This document shows positions 59,313 through 64,000 of a DNA stretch of 64,000 bases, piece after piece. Position 1 is the first letter of the stretch. Each line of letters begins with the position of its first letter. The notes below the pieces were generated by a model. That model did not search any database, was not told the DNA's origin, and saw nothing but the letters and a program-made list of their open reading frames with translations. This DNA comes from Gammaproteobacteria bacterium (lineage in GTDB: Bacteria; Pseudomonadota; Gammaproteobacteria; CAJXQU01): the NCBI GenBank assembly GCA_965238175.1, contig CBDEGZ010000003.1, positions 2,720,001 through 2,784,000 on the forward strand, written 5' to 3'. The position numbers were made by a program, and so were the translations under genes.

Positions 59313-59509
59313 TTATTCACAAAATCTGTCCCATCACTTATTTCAAACTAAAATCGTAAACCCATCCTATATGAATTGCCGCGTCTACCACGTTGTCTGA
59401 GCCACGCATTTATGAACTATCGATTATCATCATGTTTAGATTAGTGGGAAAAATATCGATAAAAATGTATTCGAATTATGTTTGAATTTATAATTTCATC
59501 TCTTTATTT

Positions 59510-60667
59510 CTATCCTTTAAGCTCAAAATAAGCCCACTCAACCCAGAGCATTAATTTTTCCACATCATTAGACTCAATCGTTGCTCCACACCAAATACGC
59601 AAACCTGGTGGCGCGTCAATATACGATCCAAAATCATAACCGGCATTTTCACTTTCAACTAAAGATACAAGTCGATTGATTATATTACGTTGTTGTTGTT
59701 CTGACATTTTCACAAACCAGGGATCAATTACTTTCAAACAAACACCCGTATTTGATATCGTCTGCTTATCTTGAGCCAAAAAATCGATCCAACCTTTTTC
59801 TTCGATCCATTTTTTGATCACTCCTAAACTACGCTCAGAACGCGCAATAAGACCTGACAGACCACCTTCACTTTTAGCCCATTTCAACACATCAAGATAA
59901 TCTTCAACACAGAGCATCGACGGTGTGTTTATAGTCAGCCCTTGAAATATTTTTTCATTTAATTCTCCATTTTTTGTTAAACGAAAAATTTTCGGCATCG
60001 GCCATGTGGGTTTCCATGACTGCAATCGTTTAACTGTTTGCGGACTGATAATCAACATGCCATGAGCAGCTTCACCACCCAACACTTTTTGCCATGAATA
60101 AGTCACAACATCCAACTTATCCCATGGTAATTTCATCGCAAATACCGCCGAGGTTGCATCACAGATCGTCAAGCCTTTTCTATCTTTTTTTATCCAATCA
60201 CCATCGACTATTTTCACACCAGACGTCGTTCCATTCCAAGTGAAAACAACATCGTGATCAAAATTAACTTTCGTTAGATCTGGAAGCTTTCCATAATCCG
60301 CCTCATGCCGACTCACCTTCTCTAATTGAAGTTGATTTAAAACATCATTAATCCAACCAGCACCAAAACTTTCCCATGCCAACACATCAACACCACGCTC
60401 TCCAAGAAGTGACCATAATGCAATCTCTACCGCACCCGTATCTGAAGCAGGAACAATAGCGATACGATAATCATCAGGAACTTCTAATATTTCACGTGTT
60501 CGATCAATCGCCTCAGCCAGTTTTCTTTTGCCCGGTTCTGATCGGTGCGAACGACCCAGTAAAGCACCTTCTAAATTGCTAAGTGACCAACCTGGTCGTT
60601 TCGAACATGGTCCTGACGAAAATAAAGGGTTATCAGGTTTTACTTTTGGCTTTAATACTTGATTCAA
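59510..60667 (-). CDS. serC: Phosphoserine aminotransferase (Methanosarcina/alphaproteobacterial type)
   Basis: [52 protein letters not shown]. Confidence 0.9.
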   Translation of the reverse strand: MNQVLKPKVKPDNPLFSSGPCSKRPGWSLSNLEGALLGRSHRSEPGKRKLAEAIDRTREILEVPDDYRIAIVPASDTGAVEIALWSLLGERGVDVLAWESFGAGWINDVLNQLQLEKVSRHEADYGKLPDLTKVNFDHDVVFTWNGTTSGVKIVDGDWIKKDRKGLTICDATSAVFAMKLPWDKLDVVTYSWQKVLGGEAAHGMLIISPQTVKRLQSWKPTWPMPKIFRLTKNGELNEKIFQGLTINTPSMLCVEDYLDVLKWAKSEGGLSGLIARSERSLGVIKKWIEEKGWIDFLAQDKQTISNTGVCLKVIDPWFVKMSEQQQRNIINRLVSLVESENAGYDFGSYIDAPPGLRIWCGATIESNDVEKLMLWVEWAYFELKG

Positions 60668-60772
60668 GACTCTTCTCTATTTAGTTTTTTACGATTTTTT
60701 GTGTTGATATGATGGCTACAGCTGAAGATTATATGCCATAATTTAATTTCGAATATTTGAAAGGGATTCTCT

Positions 60773-61405
60773 ATGCCTAAGTCTGCGATCAATTCTGAGC
60801 CTCACACTGGGCTCAACATTGGTTTTATGGCTTCTTACAATGCTAGTGGTATGCTTTCGGTGCTGAATGCCGTTGCAAATGGATTAGGCATAAAACCAAC
60901 CGTACTGATTTGTAACAACAAAAATGCAAATGCCTTCACACTCGCCAAAAAATATGACTTGCCAGCTTACCACTTGAGTAGCAAAACACATGAAGATGAT
61001 GCGGATTTAGATCAAACTATCTGCGACCGACTACAACAACACAAGGTGGATCTCATCCTTCTTTCTGGCTACATGAAAAAACTTGGTCCAAAAATGTTAA
61101 CTGAATACCCGCATAGAATTCTAAATATTCACCCTTCATTGCTACCGAAGTTTGGTGGCAAAGGTATGTATGGTGATCATGTCCATCAGGCTGTGTTAGA
61201 TAACCATGCTAAGGAAACCGGTGCGACTGTACACATTGTAACTGCAGAATATGATCAAGGTCCTATTCTCAATCAGCAAAGTGTCTCGCTAGGCAACAAC
61301 GAAAGCCTTGAAAGCATACGAGAAAAAGTCAGACAAATTGAAGCTCATCTGTATGTCGATACGTTGGGAGGAATTCTTTCTGGCGATATTGAAATACCAC
61401 AATAG
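60773..61405 (+). CDS. purN: Phosphoribosylglycinamide formyltransferase
   Basis: LSGYMK, LNIHPSLLPKFGGKGMYG, ETGATVH, YDQGPI. Confidence 0.9.
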   Translation: MPKSAINSEPHTGLNIGFMASYNASGMLSVLNAVANGLGIKPTVLICNNKNANAFTLAKKYDLPAYHLSSKTHEDDADLDQTICDRLQQHKVDLILLSGYMKKLGPKMLTEYPHRILNIHPSLLPKFGGKGMYGDHVHQAVLDNHAKETGATVHIVTAEYDQGPILNQQSVSLGNNESLESIREKVRQIEAHLYVDTLGGILSGDIEIPQ

Positions 61406-61480
61406 GATCAATGATTATTAGATAAATGTTATAATCACCAGACATTAACCTCACAATAACAACAAGAAATGGAATGGTAA

Positions 61481-61969
61481 ATGAACACAATTTTTACGCA
61501 AGACGCTCTAATAAAACTTAAACCGATCAATGAGAACTACCACATTAATTTTGATCCCGATCTGTTTTTTGCCAAAAAAAAATCATTAACACAACTTGAG
61601 TCAGAAGCTGAAAAAAATACCTACGCTGAATTTCTGGCTCGGAAGATAAGACGTGACCCCAATCTGTTAGATGCGCATATTCAACGTATTCATCTAAACT
61701 ATTTACTCAAAAATGAAGAAGCTTACTTTGGTGCGGTTATTGATTTTTTTATCACTTTAGGTTCAAAAGGATTATCTCTAAAAAAATCTGTCCTTAAACC
61801 GACCTATGATCTTTTTAGCAAAGAACATGCAGGTTTCATAAAAAAACATTTGCATACAGGAATATCAGCAACACAATTTATCCCAAGTTCAGAATCACGC
61901 TTATCTAAAGGGCTAAGCTCTACTTCAGCCGTTGTGATCAAAATAACAAGCTACAAGCCTCCCGTTTAA
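61481..61969 (+). CDS. Hypothetical helical protein
   Basis: 162-aa ORF with RBS-like GGAATGG; RRDPNLLDAHIQRI..GAVIDFFITLGSKG; 8 nt from the next gene. Confidence 0.65.
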   Translation: MNTIFTQDALIKLKPINENYHINFDPDLFFAKKKSLTQLESEAEKNTYAEFLARKIRRDPNLLDAHIQRIHLNYLLKNEEAYFGAVIDFFITLGSKGLSLKKSVLKPTYDLFSKEHAGFIKKHLHTGISATQFIPSSESRLSKGLSSTSAVVIKITSYKPPV

Positions 61970-61977
61970 ATAATCCT

Positions 61978-62616
61978 GTGACCAATTATCAATTTGCAGA
62001 AAATATTTACCTCGCACCCACTCCTACGGGTGCTTTTTATGCTGTTTCTAACCCAGCACCAGAGCCATTACGAATTTTCTTACATGCACTTTTAAAACAG
62101 GAAAGAACGCCAAAGCCGATTACTAGCCAGCTCATTAACTGGACCCAAGCAAACAGTGTGAAGTCAATGATGGCACTCCTGCATGAAGCACAATTAATGA
62201 CCTATATTGAAGGTTTGCAAGAACCGCTTAAGTTACCTGACTCGGGTTTTGGTAACAGTGCAGAAATTCTATTGTCTTATTTGTCCACATCCGGCAATGC
62301 TGTTTTAGTTGATAATACAGGTTGTGCAATTGCCCACAGTGGTTTTGATCAAGAAACCGTTGAGATGCTTTCAGCGTTAAGTGCGGATTTACTTACTGTT
62401 CAGGATCGTCATGAAAAACGTCTGGAAAAACATTTCGATCTCACCATTAACGGCTGGGGAGCTATGGACGCATCGGGTTCCAGTCGGATTGGAACATGGC
62501 CTATTTATATTGGGCAGAAAAGACTTCTGCTGGTTATTCCTGGCGAGCCACGTTTTAACTGTCCTCAATTTACCTTATTAATTTGGAGTTTAGTTAAACG
62601 TTATTTTGATCAATAA
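61978..62616 (+). CDS. Conserved hypothetical protein with possible roadblock/profilin-like C-terminal half
   Basis: TPTGAFYAVS, AVLVDNTGCAIAHSGF..MLSALSA, PIYIGQKRLLLVI. Confidence 0.65.
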   Translation: MTNYQFAENIYLAPTPTGAFYAVSNPAPEPLRIFLHALLKQERTPKPITSQLINWTQANSVKSMMALLHEAQLMTYIEGLQEPLKLPDSGFGNSAEILLSYLSTSGNAVLVDNTGCAIAHSGFDQETVEMLSALSADLLTVQDRHEKRLEKHFDLTINGWGAMDASGSSRIGTWPIYIGQKRLLLVIPGEPRFNCPQFTLLIWSLVKRYFDQ

Positions 62617-62690
62617 ATGATCTGAATTCGAGGTGGAAAGTTGTCCTACTCAGATGTTAATAAATAAACCTTTCAAAGGCTTCGTTCCAG

Positions 62691-62771
62691 AGATTCTTCT
62701 TCCTGCGTCATCAGAATGACAGCGTATTATATAAAAAAACATCTGTCATCCTGAGCTTTCGCGAAGGATCT
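62691..62771. repeat. Inverted pair of REP-like GTCATCCTGA...GAAGGATCT units
   Basis: AGATTCTTC..TCAGAATGACAG (62691-62722) pairs with CTGTCATCCTGA..GAAGGATCT (62743-62771). Confidence 0.65.
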
Positions 62772-62880
62772 TAATGTCGAAGCCTCATGTCTAGAAGCTA
62801 ACCATTAAACTAATAAAATAAACTGGTTTTTCTTATCTCAATTTCAGATTAAGTAATCAAACACTGTTTTTAAAACTCAT

Positions 62881-63429
62881 TTATATAAGTTTTTTATACC
62901 TAACCCAATCAAAACTTTCCCCAGGATCTGTTTTTCGATCTGGCGCGATATCACAATGACCAACAATTCTATCTTGATCAATTTCCGGCCATTGTTGCTG
63001 AATCAACCGGGTTAACTCAACAAGACTTACATATTGTGCATTTTCATATGCCTCATCGTCACAACCTTCCAATTCAATTCCCATTGAAAAATCATTACAA
63101 CACTCACACCCTTTAAATTCAGAAACACCCGCATGCCAAGCACGTTTTGTCAGTGGCACAAACTGCGTAATTTCACCTGATCGGTTGATCAATAAATGCG
63201 ATGACACTTTGAGCTCATATATTTCTTTAAAATAGGCATGCTCTTCAGGATCGAGTTTATTGGTAAAAAGCTGATCAATATAATTATTATTATATTGTCC
63301 AGGCGGTAAGCTAATATTGTGAATTACCAGCAGATCAATTTTGGATCCCTCAGGACGATCATCATAATTCGGTGATGGACAATGACGAATACCACTGATC
63401 CATCCATTATTTTTATTCAATTTCAACAT
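62881..63429 (-). CDS. ampD: 1,6-anhydro-N-acetylmuramyl-L-alanine amidase
   Basis: SPNYDDRP, IHNISLPPG, VSSH, RAWHAGVS, CNDFSMGIELEG, GHCDIAPDRKTDPG. Confidence 0.97.
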   Translation of the reverse strand: MLKLNKNNGWISGIRHCPSPNYDDRPEGSKIDLLVIHNISLPPGQYNNNYIDQLFTNKLDPEEHAYFKEIYELKVSSHLLINRSGEITQFVPLTKRAWHAGVSEFKGCECCNDFSMGIELEGCDDEAYENAQYVSLVELTRLIQQQWPEIDQDRIVGHCDIAPDRKTDPGESFDWVRYKKLI

Positions 63430-63475
63430 TGCGACAGACTACCACCAGTCAACAAATTACGGCAAACTATTAAAC

Positions 63476-64000
63476 ATGAACGATAATAACGAAAAAAATA
63501 CTGATCAAGAAAACAGTATAGGGAAAATAATGTTGATCCTGGCACTCCTTCTCGTGCTTGCCATGCTCACTTTCTTTTTCAAAGATGTTTTAGACAAACA
63601 ACGTAACCCCAATCAACAGATCAATAATATACTTAATAGTGAAGGCATTCCCGAAGTCGTGTTACAACAAAATCGACAAGGACACTATTTCGCGACAGGT
63701 TCGATCAATAATCAAACCGTTGATTTCTTATTAGATACCGGTGCGACCGACGTCGCAATCCCGGCAGAAATTGCCAAGAAACTCAAACTAAAACCCGGGC
63801 CAGAAGTCCGTATGACTACAGCAAACGGTGTTATTACGGCACAAATGACACGCTTAGATAACGTTGAGCTCGGTGGTATCTCCTTAAAAAATATTCGCGC
63901 AACCATCAACCCTTTTATGCATAAAGATGACGAAATACTGCTCGGCATGAGTTTTTTAAAACATCTTGAAATGACACAACGTGGCAAAACCCTGATCTTG
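63476..64000 (+). CDS. Clan AA retropepsin-like aspartic protease (3' truncated by window; absent from the ORF track)
   Basis: Manual translation MNDNNEKN..TM helix..QNRQGHYF..FLLDTGATDVAIP..TANG..LLGMSFL. Confidence 0.88.
   Translation, partial: MNDNNEKNTDQENSIGKIMLILALLLVLAMLTFFFKDVLDKQRNPNQQINNILNSEGIPEVVLQQNRQGHYFATGSINNQTVDFLLDTGATDVAIPAEIAKKLKLKPGPEVRMTTANGVITAQMTRLDNVELGGISLKNIRATINPFMHKDDEILLGMSFLKHLEMTQRGKTLIL

Noticed and set aside
63712-63987. 91-aa minus-strand ORF
   Set aside because: Antisense to the aspartic protease gene that runs off the window

Overview
This is an AT-rich chromosomal segment of a flagellated gammaproteobacterium, judged from rpoS, class I cyaA, avtA, mrcB and the nrdR-rib-nusB-thiL gene order. 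Housekeeping genes (adk, pgi, glyA, rib genes, serC, purN, ampD) flank a signalling block of about 20 kb on the minus strand. The block starts with an F7/Che2-type chemosensory cluster: cheY-cheA-cheW-PAS3 MCP-parA-STAS-PAS2 MCP-orf-cheR-cheD-cheB. It continues with a McpA-like MCP, an HsbA/HsbR-like partner-switch pair, a frameshifted response regulator, cheC, a PAS histidine kinase and a Ser/Thr kinase-cNMP fusion. Direct reading of the DNA shows five sigma-28 (FliA)-type promoters (cheY, McpA-like MCP, an ExeA-like ATPase, fliK, cyaA), two of them apparently leaderless. Four proteins share a C-terminal acidic-ELF tail. The two soluble receptors are a near-identical duplication differing by one 366-bp PAS unit. 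Mobile and repeat DNA comprises an intact IS481 with an 8-bp target duplication, several MITE-like elements (three of which sit on TAA stop codons) and a 3x138-bp coding tandem repeat. No rRNA, tRNA or CRISPR array was seen. All family calls come from motif recognition, not database searches.
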